A stretch of 57,643 nucleotides of DNA from Burkholderiaceae bacterium. Lineage in GTDB: Bacteria; Pseudomonadota; Gammaproteobacteria; Burkholderiales; Burkholderiaceae_E. The stretch covers positions 1 through 57,643 of the forward strand of contig JAHDYE010000002.1 in the NCBI GenBank assembly GCA_023383035.1. Direction: 5' to 3'. Positions 37,996 through 46,897 of the stretch are shown piece by piece; the stretch's first letter is position 1; every line of letters starts with the position of its first letter. The notes below the pieces were generated by a model. It was not told where the DNA came from. It searched no databases and worked only from the letters and a program-made list of their open reading frames with translations. Both the position numbers and the translations under genes were made by a program.

Positions 37996-38166
37996 CCAGG
38001 TCAACTGAAACGTCGTTCGCTGTAGTCCAGGCCATGAGACGGCCAGTCGTCCCCGGTTGCGGCTGCGTATGTCGTGCCACCGGCAAGCGCTGCCGCCACC
38101 AGCACACAACATCCGCCGACTCGTTGGACTCCAGTGACGCCTGCAGACAAACCCTTCGTGCTCACG

Positions 38167-39723
38167 TCAATCATTCCTCTCGAAAACCATCCGTCCGTCG
38201 ATGAACGTCTTCTCGACGACGGTCGCCTCGGCGGCTTCCACGTGGCGTGTCGGGTCGTCGCTCAGAACCACGAGATCGGCTACCTTGCCCGGACTGATCG
38301 ACCCACGATGCGACTCGACGCGAAGCGCACGCGCGGCGTTCGTCGTGAACAGCGCGAGCGCCGCCTCCGGCCGGATCGCCTCTTCCGGGAGAAGACGCTC
38401 GCCGTTCTTCGCGCGACGCGAAACCGCCGCGCGGATGCCGGCCAGCGGATCGGGCGGCGCAACAGGAAAATCGGCACTGCCGGCCAGGGCCACCCCGTAT
38501 CGCTTCAGTGTGGCCAGCGGATACAGGTGGCGCAACTCGCCCGACGGCATCGTGCGCAGATACCGCTCGCCGTGGAAGTACAGGAACGCCGGATGCGTGA
38601 CCACGGTGATGCCGGCCGCCCCGATGCGTCGTGCGAGATCGGGCGGGCATACCGAGCAATGCTCGATCCGATGCCTGGAGTCCGGGTGCGGGCTGGCCTC
38701 GAGCGCCCGCTCGATGGCGATGCATGCCGCTTCGATCGCGGCAGGCTCGACCGCGTGCAGGATCGCCTGGAAGCCGTTGCGATGGATGCGTTCGACCATC
38801 GCGTCGAGTTCCCCTTGGCTGGGGCTCAGGCGACCGGTCGTTTCATGAACGAGGATCTTCACCCCGCACGCCGTCGCAAGCCCGTCGTCGTCGGCGAGTC
38901 CGGTTGCGTTGTCTGCGAGCGCCTCGAAAGCGCTCCACCCGATGGCCATCTGCACGCGGCTGCGGAGCAGACCGCGCTTGCGCCAGCGGCGAAAGGCGGC
39001 AAGCCGCCTGACATCATTGCGCGCCGACGTGTCGTGTACAGACGTGATGCCGACCGAGACCAGTGATTCGCTCGCCAGACCGATCGCGTGGTCGGCCTGT
39101 TCGCCGGAGAGCGCCGGCACGATCCGGGCCAGCTCGTCGTGCATGCCGTAGAGCAGCCCTGTCGGTTCACCCGACGCAAGATCGCGGTCGATCATGCCGT
39201 CCACCGGATCTCCGGTCTCGTGCGTGATACCGGCCAGCGCGAGTGCTGCGCTGTTCAGCACGTGGGCATGGCCGGAACGGTGGGTGAGGCGCACCGGATT
39301 GACGGGGGCAACGGCGTCCAGATCCCAGCGGGTCGGGTGTCGTTTCTCGGCGAGGTGGAACTCGTCGTAGCCGCGTCCGCGGACCCAGGCCGCCGGCATG
39401 AGCGAGCCGACCTTTCCCGCGATGCGTCGCTGAATGTCGGCGATCGAGCCAACGGCGCCGGGGCCGAGATCGAGCGTCAGCAGCCTTTCGCCGTAGGCGA
39501 AGACGTGGCAGTGCGCATCGATGAAGCCCGGAACGACGGTCTTGCCCGTGCAGTCGATGCGCATCGCCGTATCGAAGGACTTCCACGGATCGGCGGCGAC
39601 CGAAACCTCGGCGATCCTGCCGTTCCTGATCCGGATCGAGCGGGCGCTCGGCCGTTGCGGATCGAGCGTCACGACATTGGCATTCGCCAGCACCAGATCC
39701 GCCGGGCCGCGCTGCGGGTTCAC
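38167..39723 (-). CDS. Metal-dependent amidohydrolase (YtcJ/amidohydrolase 3 type)
   Basis: PGFIDAHCH, HAV, RIEHC, SADFP, GSISPGKVADLVVL. Confidence 0.88.
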   Translation of the reverse strand: MNPQRGPADLVLANANVVTLDPQRPSARSIRIRNGRIAEVSVAADPWKSFDTAMRIDCTGKTVVPGFIDAHCHVFAYGERLLTLDLGPGAVGSIADIQRRIAGKVGSLMPAAWVRGRGYDEFHLAEKRHPTRWDLDAVAPVNPVRLTHRSGHAHVLNSAALALAGITHETGDPVDGMIDRDLASGEPTGLLYGMHDELARIVPALSGEQADHAIGLASESLVSVGITSVHDTSARNDVRRLAAFRRWRKRGLLRSRVQMAIGWSAFEALADNATGLADDDGLATACGVKILVHETTGRLSPSQGELDAMVERIHRNGFQAILHAVEPAAIEAACIAIERALEASPHPDSRHRIEHCSVCPPDLARRIGAAGITVVTHPAFLYFHGERYLRTMPSGELRHLYPLATLKRYGVALAGSADFPVAPPDPLAGIRAAVSRRAKNGERLLPEEAIRPEAALALFTTNAARALRVESHRGSISPGKVADLVVLSDDPTRHVEAAEATVVEKTFIDGRMVFERND

Positions 39724-39759
39724 GTATGGCGTACCAGGGAGAAGAACGCAGCGACGGAA

Positions 39760-40545
39760 TCAGATGACGCGCGACAGGAAGGTGCGCAGGCGCTCGGTCC
39801 TGGGGGCAGCGAGCGTGGTGTGCGCCGGCCCTTCCTCGACGATCCGCCCGGCTTCCATGAACACCACGCGTGAGGCCGCCTCGCGTGCGAAGCCGATCTC
39901 GTGCGTGACGACGATCATTGTCTTTCCGGCGCGTGCGAGGTCTCCGACCACGTCGAGCACCTCGCCGACCAGCTCCGGGTCGAGCGCGCTGGTCGGCTCG
40001 TCGAACAGCAGAACGCGGGGCCGCATGGCCAGCGCTCGCGCGATCGCGACCCGCTGCTGCTGACCGCCCGACAGCTGTTGCGGATAGGCCTGTAGCTTGT
40101 CGGCGAGCCCGACCCGCCCGAGCAGGTGTCGCGCGCGCTTCGTCGCATCGGAGGGCGAGTCGCCGAGCACCCGGATCGGGCCCTCGATCACGTTCTCCTC
40201 GACGGTCAGGTGCGGAAACAGGACGAACTGCTGGAACACCATCCCGAGGTGACGTCGCTGCTGCGCGACGGCGCGCTCGCCGAGCGCGCGCAGATGTCCG
40301 CCGTAGCGCCGGTAGCCGAGCAACTCGCCATCGAGATAGATCGCTCCGCCGTCGATCGACTCGAGTTGATGAATGCAGCGAGCCAGCGTCGATTTGCCGG
40401 AACCCGAGGGGCCGATGATCGCGACCACCTCGCCTTCGTGCACGTCGAGCGTCACCGAACGCAGCGCCTCGAACCCACCGTAGCGCTTGACGAGCTTGTG
40501 TACCCTGACGACGGGTGGGCGCGCCGATTCTGCGGTGACCTGCAT
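39760..40545 (-). CDS. Polar amino acid ABC transporter ATP-binding protein
   Basis: GPSGSGKST, LSGGQQQRVAIARAL, FDEPTSALDPE; start trimmed to ATG 40545. Confidence 0.92.
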   Translation of the reverse strand: MQVTAESARPPVVRVHKLVKRYGGFEALRSVTLDVHEGEVVAIIGPSGSGKSTLARCIHQLESIDGGAIYLDGELLGYRRYGGHLRALGERAVAQQRRHLGMVFQQFVLFPHLTVEENVIEGPIRVLGDSPSDATKRARHLLGRVGLADKLQAYPQQLSGGQQQRVAIARALAMRPRVLLFDEPTSALDPELVGEVLDVVGDLARAGKTMIVVTHEIGFAREAASRVVFMEAGRIVEEGPAHTTLAAPRTERLRTFLSRVI

Positions 40546-41462
40546 CAGGAATCGGCCCGCGGCGCGGAGGTCCTCGAGGCGCTCCTGCCGGCAGTTGTCC
40601 AGCGCTGGCCGCGCGAGTAGCGGCGCTCGAGCCGCGACTGGAACACATAGAGCAGCGTAATCAGCACCAGGTACCAGAGTACGGCGACGATGAGCAGTGG
40701 AATGACTTCGTAGGTCCGGTTGTAGATCAATTGCACCGAGTGAAGCAGGTCGTTCATCGCGATCACGCTGACCAGAGAGGTGGCTTTCGCCATGCCGATC
40801 ACCTGGTTGCCGGTGGGCGGGATGATGAAGCGCATCGCCTGCGGCAGCACGATGCGGAAGAAGGACTGGCGCGGTGTCATGCCGAGCGTGCGGGCCGCAT
40901 CGCGCTGGCGCGGGTCGACCGATAGCAGCCCGGCGCGGACGATCTCGGTCATGTAGGCACCCTCGGCGAGACCGAGCCCAAGCACCGCTGCGAGCATCGG
41001 CGTGATCACGTCGTTCGTCTGCCAGGTGGTCCACGGCGGTGCGAACGGCAGGCCGATCGAGATCGTCGGCATCAGATAGGCGAGGTTGTACCAGAAGATC
41101 AGCTGTATCAGCACCGGCGTTCCGCGAAAGAACCAGAGATACGCCGACGCCACCCAGCGCCCCGGAGAATAGTCGCTCATCAGCACAACCGCCGTGACCG
41201 TGCCGATGACCGAACCGGTGAACATCGCGATCAGCGTCAACATGATCGTCATGCCAAGACCGGCGAGAACGCTCGGAGCGAGGAAGTACCTCGCGACGAC
41301 GTCCCATTCGAAGCGCGGATTGGTGATCACGAACGCCGCCACCTGCAGTGCGACGAGGCCCAGGGCGAGCGTCGCCAGCCAGCGCAAGGGACCGGCGCTC
41401 CGATGCGCGACGGCGGCATCGTCCCGGTCTGGACTCGAGATTGCCGTGGTCGTCGCAGTCAT
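40545..41462 (-). CDS. Polar amino acid ABC transporter permease
   Basis: FRGTPVLIQL, EGAYMTEIVRAG, LPQAMR, KATSL. Confidence 0.92.
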   Translation of the reverse strand: MTATTTAISSPDRDDAAVAHRSAGPLRWLATLALGLVALQVAAFVITNPRFEWDVVARYFLAPSVLAGLGMTIMLTLIAMFTGSVIGTVTAVVLMSDYSPGRWVASAYLWFFRGTPVLIQLIFWYNLAYLMPTISIGLPFAPPWTTWQTNDVITPMLAAVLGLGLAEGAYMTEIVRAGLLSVDPRQRDAARTLGMTPRQSFFRIVLPQAMRFIIPPTGNQVIGMAKATSLVSVIAMNDLLHSVQLIYNRTYEVIPLLIVAVLWYLVLITLLYVFQSRLERRYSRGQRWTTAGRSASRTSAPRADS

Positions 41463-41507
41463 CGGTCGACTCGAAGCGGCGGGTTGCGCGGCATGCTCGC
41501 GCCCGCA

Positions 41508-42410
41508 TTACTTCGATGACGGGTTGAGCATCGGCGCCGGTGCCTTCGCCTGTTCGAGGCCGGATTTCGTCAGGATCCGGACGTACTCGCCGGAAGCGAA
41601 CAACCGTTGCATCGCTTCCAGCAGCACCGGTGCCAGCCCGGACTCCTTCTTCATCACGAAACCGAGGTTCAGGATGCCGAGCGCATCGGTCTGGTCGGTC
41701 TGGATGTGGTACCTGCCCGGATTCTGCTGCTGCAGGTACAGCCCAACCGCCAGCTGGCTCGTCGCCGCGTCGGCACGGCCCGACTGTATCGCGAGCACCG
41801 CGGCGTTCTGGTCCTGCAGCGGCACGGGTTGTGCCGCAGGCAGGCCCATCGACACGCACCGTTCGGTGACCCGGTTCAGGTAGACCTCGGAAATCGAGCC
41901 GGCAGCGAACGAGACGCGCAAACCGCACAGCTCCTCGAGTCGGCTCGTCTTGCGTCCTCCGGCAACCGGAAGAAGGAACGCCGGCTTGCTGAGGAGCCAC
42001 GTGACGATGTCGTAGCGCATCTCGCGTTCGCGCGTCGACAGCAGCGGGCCGGTGGTGAGATCGTAACGGCCGGTATCGATCCCCGCGAGCACGGCCGGCA
42101 GGTTACTGACCGTCACCTGCTCGATCCTTACGCCGAGCAGGGGCTCGAGTGCGCGAGCGAGATCGGTATCGATCCCGGTGATGGTCTTGCCGTCGCTGCC
42201 GACGATGCGGTAGGGGGCGAATGAATCGCCCACCATGCGCAGCACGCCCGCCTTGCGGATGCTTTCAGGCAGACGATCGAACAGCAGTGCTTCCCCGGCA
42301 TCGGCAGCGCCGGCTGATACGAGGGTCAGCACCACGCCGACGATGCCATGACGTGTCCGGTTGATGCTGCGACGCAGCGACCCGGCGAGTCGGGAAAGCG
42401 AGGTTGTCAT
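41508..42410 (-). CDS. Polar amino acid ABC transporter substrate-binding protein
   Basis: Signal peptide, GIDTDLA, GRYD, LCGLRV, SGRAD; GGAGA RBS upstream of ATG 42410. Confidence 0.87.
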   Translation of the reverse strand: MTTSLSRLAGSLRRSINRTRHGIVGVVLTLVSAGAADAGEALLFDRLPESIRKAGVLRMVGDSFAPYRIVGSDGKTITGIDTDLARALEPLLGVRIEQVTVSNLPAVLAGIDTGRYDLTTGPLLSTREREMRYDIVTWLLSKPAFLLPVAGGRKTSRLEELCGLRVSFAAGSISEVYLNRVTERCVSMGLPAAQPVPLQDQNAAVLAIQSGRADAATSQLAVGLYLQQQNPGRYHIQTDQTDALGILNLGFVMKKESGLAPVLLEAMQRLFASGEYVRILTKSGLEQAKAPAPMLNPSSK

Positions 42411-42458
42411 GAAGTCGTCTCCAGTCAAGACACGAGTCTGTCGCCCGCTGGCTTGATG

Positions 42459-42473
42459 ATTATGTAACTTAAC
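42459..42473. promoter_or_regulatory. Operator copy ATTATG-TAA-CTTAAC upstream of the ABC/amidohydrolase operon
   Basis: Near-consensus 6-3-6 inverted repeat in a divergent intergenic region. Confidence 0.65.
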
Positions 42474-42556
42474 CATCTGGGTTTGCAAGTACCTTTCGAA
42501 CAGCGCCTCGTGACCGCCTTTTTCATCCCGGCGAATTTTCGCTTCCCATCCAACAA

Positions 42557-42571
42557 ATTATGTTTCATAAT
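42557..42571. promoter_or_regulatory. Perfect palindromic operator ATTATG-TTT-CATAAT upstream of the DUF1302 operon
   Basis: Same arms and same TAATT 3' flank as the 8706 copy. Confidence 0.8.
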
Positions 42572-42578
42572 TAATTGG

Positions 42579-42617
42579 CACGACTACTGGCGGACCCCTC
42601 CGCCGGTGGTAGTCGTG
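42579..42617 (+). other. Stable stem-loop in the predicted 5' leader of the DUF1302 gene
   Basis: CACGACTAC/GTAGTCGTG outer stem, TGGCGGA/TCCGCCG inner stem, CCCC loop; no U-tract. Confidence 0.6.
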
Positions 42618-42667
42618 TGCAAAACGATTGCCTGAACGGGCCGAACAACGAGGACAGAGGAGAGCGC

Positions 42668-44341
42668 ATGGACTTGATACGAGAGGGGACAAGGCTTCGC
42701 GACGCGTCTCGCACGGGACGGTACACATCCGTGGCGGTAGCGATCGCGGCCGCTTGCGCTGTCGCTTCACCGGCGGCGGCGTTCGAGATCGATACCGGCG
42801 GGGAGACGAAGATCCGCTGGGACAACACCTTCAAGTACAGCAACGCGTGGCGGGTCAAGGGGCGTTCGGATGCGCTCGTCGCCGATCCGACGCTCGATGA
42901 CGGCGACCGGAATTTCGACAAGGGACTGATCTCGAACCGGGTCGACTGGCTCACGGAACTCGATGCCTCGTACCGCAACCTGGGCCTGCGCATCAGCGCG
43001 GCGGCCTGGTACGACACGGCGTACAACCGACGCAATGACAATGACTCGCCGTTCACTGCCAATTCGTTCAGCGTTCCCTTCAACCGCTTCACCAGGGATA
43101 CGCGCGACCTGCACGGGCGCGATGCCGAGGTCCTCGACGCGTTCGTCTCCGGCAATTTCGACATCGGCGGCAGGCGCGGCAACGTCAAGTTCGGCCGGCA
43201 CTCGTTGCTCTACGGCGAGAGCCTCTTCTTCGGCATGAACGGCATCGCTGCCGCCCAGCAGCCGATCGACGTCATCAAGGCGCTGACGGTCCCGAACACG
43301 CAGTTCAAGGAGATCGGCCGCCCGGTCAACCAGCTGTCGGCGCAATGGCAGCTCACGGAGTCGGTGTCGGTCGGCGGCTATTACCAGCTCGAGTGGGAGC
43401 GTACGCGCATTCCGGCGGCCGGCAGCTACTTCAGTCCGGCCGATCTCGTCGACGTGGGGGCCGAGCGCATCGTCGCGGCGGCTGTCCCCGGGGTCGGGCC
43501 GGTAGCCTCGTTCTATCGCACACGTGACATCGAGGCGCAGGACTCCGGCCAGGGCGGTATACAGCTGCGCTACCGCTCGACCACGCTCGACACGGATTTC
43601 GGCTTCTACGCGGTGCGCTACCACGAGAAGGGCTTCAGGGAGTACGTGCGGCCCGGGGCCGGCGTCGGGCCGGGTTCGCCGGCCGACAAGATCGGCGAGT
43701 ACACGCTCGTCTTCCCCGAGGATATTCGCGCGTACGGCGCGAGCGCGAGCACCTCGATCGGCGACGCCAATGTGGCCGCCGAAGTGTCGATCCGCGACAA
43801 CGCGCCTCTGGTCAGCCTGACGATGCCCGATTTCACGGGCACCGGAGACAACGACCGCAACCCGCTCTACGCGGTCGGGCGCACGGCGCACGCGCAGGTC
43901 TCGATGATCCAGCTGCTCACGCGCTCCTCGCTCTGGGACGGCGCGGTGTTTCTCGGTGAACTGGCCTGGAACCGGACGCTGAGCATCAAGAAGAACGCCG
44001 CGGCGCTCGACCCGAACACCAGCCGCGACGCGCTCGGCATGCGTCTGGTCTTCGAGCCGCAGTATTTCCAGGTGCTGGATGGTGTCGACATCTCGGTGCC
44101 GATCGGCCTGGGCTACACGTTGTCGGGCAAGTCCTCGGCGGTCGCCGGCTTCGGTGCGCGGCACGGTGGTGACTTCAACATCGGCATCAAGGGCGACTAC
44201 CTGAAGGCCTGGCAGTTCTCGCTGGCGTACACGCATTTCCTCGGCAGCGAAGCGCCGATCGTGATCGGCGGTATCAAGACCTTCAAGCAGTTCAACAAGG
44301 ACCGGAACTTCGTGGCATTCAGCCTGTCGCGCACGTTCTGA
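42668..44341 (+). CDS. DUF1302 family outer-membrane protein
   Basis: WDNTFKYS, DDGDRNFDKGLISNR, LDAFV, GESLFF, DRNFVAFSLSRTF (C-terminal Phe). Confidence 0.85.
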   Translation: MDLIREGTRLRDASRTGRYTSVAVAIAAACAVASPAAAFEIDTGGETKIRWDNTFKYSNAWRVKGRSDALVADPTLDDGDRNFDKGLISNRVDWLTELDASYRNLGLRISAAAWYDTAYNRRNDNDSPFTANSFSVPFNRFTRDTRDLHGRDAEVLDAFVSGNFDIGGRRGNVKFGRHSLLYGESLFFGMNGIAAAQQPIDVIKALTVPNTQFKEIGRPVNQLSAQWQLTESVSVGGYYQLEWERTRIPAAGSYFSPADLVDVGAERIVAAAVPGVGPVASFYRTRDIEAQDSGQGGIQLRYRSTTLDTDFGFYAVRYHEKGFREYVRPGAGVGPGSPADKIGEYTLVFPEDIRAYGASASTSIGDANVAAEVSIRDNAPLVSLTMPDFTGTGDNDRNPLYAVGRTAHAQVSMIQLLTRSSLWDGAVFLGELAWNRTLSIKKNAAALDPNTSRDALGMRLVFEPQYFQVLDGVDISVPIGLGYTLSGKSSAVAGFGARHGGDFNIGIKGDYLKAWQFSLAYTHFLGSEAPIVIGGIKTFKQFNKDRNFVAFSLSRTF

Positions 44342-44357
44342 CGGAGAGAGACACTCG

Positions 44358-45725
44358 ATGAAGACGAAGATCACACTGGCACTCTCGGGATACCTCCTGG
44401 TGGCCGGGTTCGCCGGCCCCGCGGGTGCGGGCGTCACCGCCGCCGAGGCCGAGGCGTTGAAGGGCAAGCTCACGCCGATGGGCGCCGAGCGCGCCGGCAA
44501 TGCTGCCGGCACGATTCCGCCCTGGGAGGGCGGCCTGACGACGCCGCCCGCAGGCTACGAGCAGGGCAACCGACGTTTCGATCCCTTCGCCTCGGACAAG
44601 CCGATCCTCACGATCACGGCCGAGAACATGTCGCAGCATGCCGACAGACTCTCGGAAGGCGTGAAGGCGATGCTGCAGGCGTACCCGAAGTCGTTCCGCC
44701 TCGACGTCTATCCGACGCGGCGTTCGGCGGCGGCTCCGCAGTGGGTCTACGACAACACGCTGAAGAACGCCGTGTCCGCCAAGCTCGAGAACGAGGGCAT
44801 GACGGTGGCCGGCGCCTACGGCGGCGTTCCGTTTCCGATCCCGAAGACCGGGCTCGAAGTGCGGATGAACCAGATCAGCCGCTGGCGCGGCGAGTCCGCC
44901 TTCGCGAAAGTGAAGATCTGGGCCAACACGGCCAACGGGCGCCACGTGCTCGCCAGCGACGCCACCGACGACGCGCAGTTCCCGTACTACTACAAGGAAG
45001 GCTCGCGGCAGAGCTTCGAGGGGGTGACGCACTACGCGGTCCTCGTCACGACGGCGCCCGCGTTCCGTGCCGGCGAGGCGCTGCTGCTGCACGACACGCT
45101 CGATTTCGCCAAGGGGCGCACGATCTGGCAGTACCTGGCGGGGCAGCGGCGCGTGCGCCAGGCGCCGAACGTCGCGTTCGATACGCCGGACGCCGTCGCG
45201 TCGGGGACGAACTTCGCCGACGAGAGCTTCGGCGGCATCGGATCGCCCGAGCGTTACGACTGGAAGCTCGCGGGCAAGAAGGAGATGTACATCCCGTACA
45301 ACACGAATCGCCTGTTCATGTTCTCCGACGAGGAGTCGATGAGCGCGCACCACCTGAAGCCCGAGCACGTGCGCTGGGAGCTGCATCGTGTCTGGGTGCT
45401 CGAGGCCACGCTGAAGGAAGGCAAGCGCCATGCCGTGCCCAGGCGCGTCTACTACATCGACGAGGACAGCTGGGGCACCGCGCTCTACGACGGCTGGGAC
45501 GCGCAAGGCAAGCTGTGGCGCACGCAGATGCAGCTGCCCTTCGTGGCTCCGGATCTCCCCGCGGTCGTGAACACCTGCACCGGCGTTTTCCACAACCTGC
45601 AGACCGGAGCATGGGCGTATCACTGCGCGATGGGCGACGGCGGCAACGACCAGTACCGTCCCACCGAGCGGCGTTCGCACAGCTACTTCACGCCCGACTC
45701 GCTGGCCGCGCGCCAGATCCGCTGA
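44358..45725 (+). CDS. DUF1329 family periplasmic protein
   Basis: LTPMGAERAGN..GTIPPW, YPTRR, GVPFPIP, GQRRVRQAP, RWELHRVW, YIDEDSW. Confidence 0.88.
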   Translation: MKTKITLALSGYLLVAGFAGPAGAGVTAAEAEALKGKLTPMGAERAGNAAGTIPPWEGGLTTPPAGYEQGNRRFDPFASDKPILTITAENMSQHADRLSEGVKAMLQAYPKSFRLDVYPTRRSAAAPQWVYDNTLKNAVSAKLENEGMTVAGAYGGVPFPIPKTGLEVRMNQISRWRGESAFAKVKIWANTANGRHVLASDATDDAQFPYYYKEGSRQSFEGVTHYAVLVTTAPAFRAGEALLLHDTLDFAKGRTIWQYLAGQRRVRQAPNVAFDTPDAVASGTNFADESFGGIGSPERYDWKLAGKKEMYIPYNTNRLFMFSDEESMSAHHLKPEHVRWELHRVWVLEATLKEGKRHAVPRRVYYIDEDSWGTALYDGWDAQGKLWRTQMQLPFVAPDLPAVVNTCTGVFHNLQTGAWAYHCAMGDGGNDQYRPTERRSHSYFTPDSLAARQIR

Positions 45726-45812
45726 CGCCCGGCAGCCGTATCGTCGCCGGACCACGCGTTTCTTCGCAGCCGTTCGAACGGACGCGGTCCTCCCCACGCC
45801 GGAAGCCGCCGC

Positions 45813-46874
45813 ATGCGCCCGCTCCTCCTCCTCGCGCTCGTCGTGCTGGCGCTGCTTCCGTTTCGACCGCCGCCCGCGCATGCCGCGGGCGGCGGTGGCG
45901 ACACGCTGGAAGAGGCGGCGGTGCGCAGCCCACACGCGAGCCGGTCGTTGCTGGTGGGCGCCGCACGGGCCGGCGGCACGCTGGTGGTCGCCGGCGAGCG
46001 CGGCCATATCCTGTACTCGGACGACGGGGGTAACCACTGGCAACAGGCCGAGGTTCCCGTATCGGTGACCTTGACGGCGCTGTGCTTTGCCGACGCACGC
46101 ACCGGTTGGGCCGTCGGTCACCGCGGCGTCGTGCTGAAGAGCATTGACGCCGGACGCAGCTGGACGCGACAGCTCGACGGCCGACGACTGAACGAGCTCG
46201 TGCTCGATGCAGTCGGCAGCATGCCTCGGCTCGTCGCCGAGGCGCGCCGATTCGCCGAGGACGGCGCCGACAAGCCGTTTCTCGACGTCGTCTGCACCGA
46301 CGAAAACCGCGTCGCGGCCATCGGAGCCTACGGTCTCGCCGTGAAGTCGTCCGACGGCGGGAAGACCTGGGCGGCGATCGCGGATCTGATGACGGTCTCG
46401 GACCTGCGTCATCTCAACGCGGTGGTCGCCATCGACGGAACGTTCGTGCTCGCCGGGGAACAGGGCGCGCTCTATCGGGCGTCCGCCGACTGGACCCGCG
46501 TCGAGAAGCTCGACGAACCGACCTCGGGCAGCTTCTTCGACGTCGTGGCCACGCCGGCCGGCACGCTGGTGGCGCTGGGCCTGCGCGGCAATCTGTTCCG
46601 CTCGGTCGACCATGGGGCGACGTGGACGCGTGTCGAGGTCGGTTCGACGCTGAGCTTCAATGCCGGCATCGCGCGCTCCGACGGGTCCGTGCTGCTGCTC
46701 GACGAGGCGGGCGGCGTCTGGCGCAGCACCGATGATGGCCGGCGCTTCGCTCGCGCGCAGATGCCCGGCGCCTTTCCGTTCTCGGCCTTAGTGCAAGCGG
46801 GCGACGGGAAAGTCCTGGCGGTGGGCGCGCGCGGCCTGAAATGGATCGAGCCGGTCGGTTCGACGCCGCCCTGA
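45813..46874 (+). CDS. YCF48-like/BNR (Asp-box) repeat beta-propeller protein
   Basis: Repeated SxDxGxxW Asp-boxes; GERGHIL, GWAVGH.G. Confidence 0.85.
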   Translation: MRPLLLLALVVLALLPFRPPPAHAAGGGGDTLEEAAVRSPHASRSLLVGAARAGGTLVVAGERGHILYSDDGGNHWQQAEVPVSVTLTALCFADARTGWAVGHRGVVLKSIDAGRSWTRQLDGRRLNELVLDAVGSMPRLVAEARRFAEDGADKPFLDVVCTDENRVAAIGAYGLAVKSSDGGKTWAAIADLMTVSDLRHLNAVVAIDGTFVLAGEQGALYRASADWTRVEKLDEPTSGSFFDVVATPAGTLVALGLRGNLFRSVDHGATWTRVEVGSTLSFNAGIARSDGSVLLLDEAGGVWRSTDDGRRFARAQMPGAFPFSALVQAGDGKVLAVGARGLKWIEPVGSTPP

Positions 46875-46897
46875 GCGAAAGACTGACGGACTCTCGC

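Noticed and set aside
42576-42591. Possible sigma-54 promoter TGGCACG...
   Set aside because: The -12 position reads GG rather than GC at the required spacing; the sequence is better explained as a hairpin arm.
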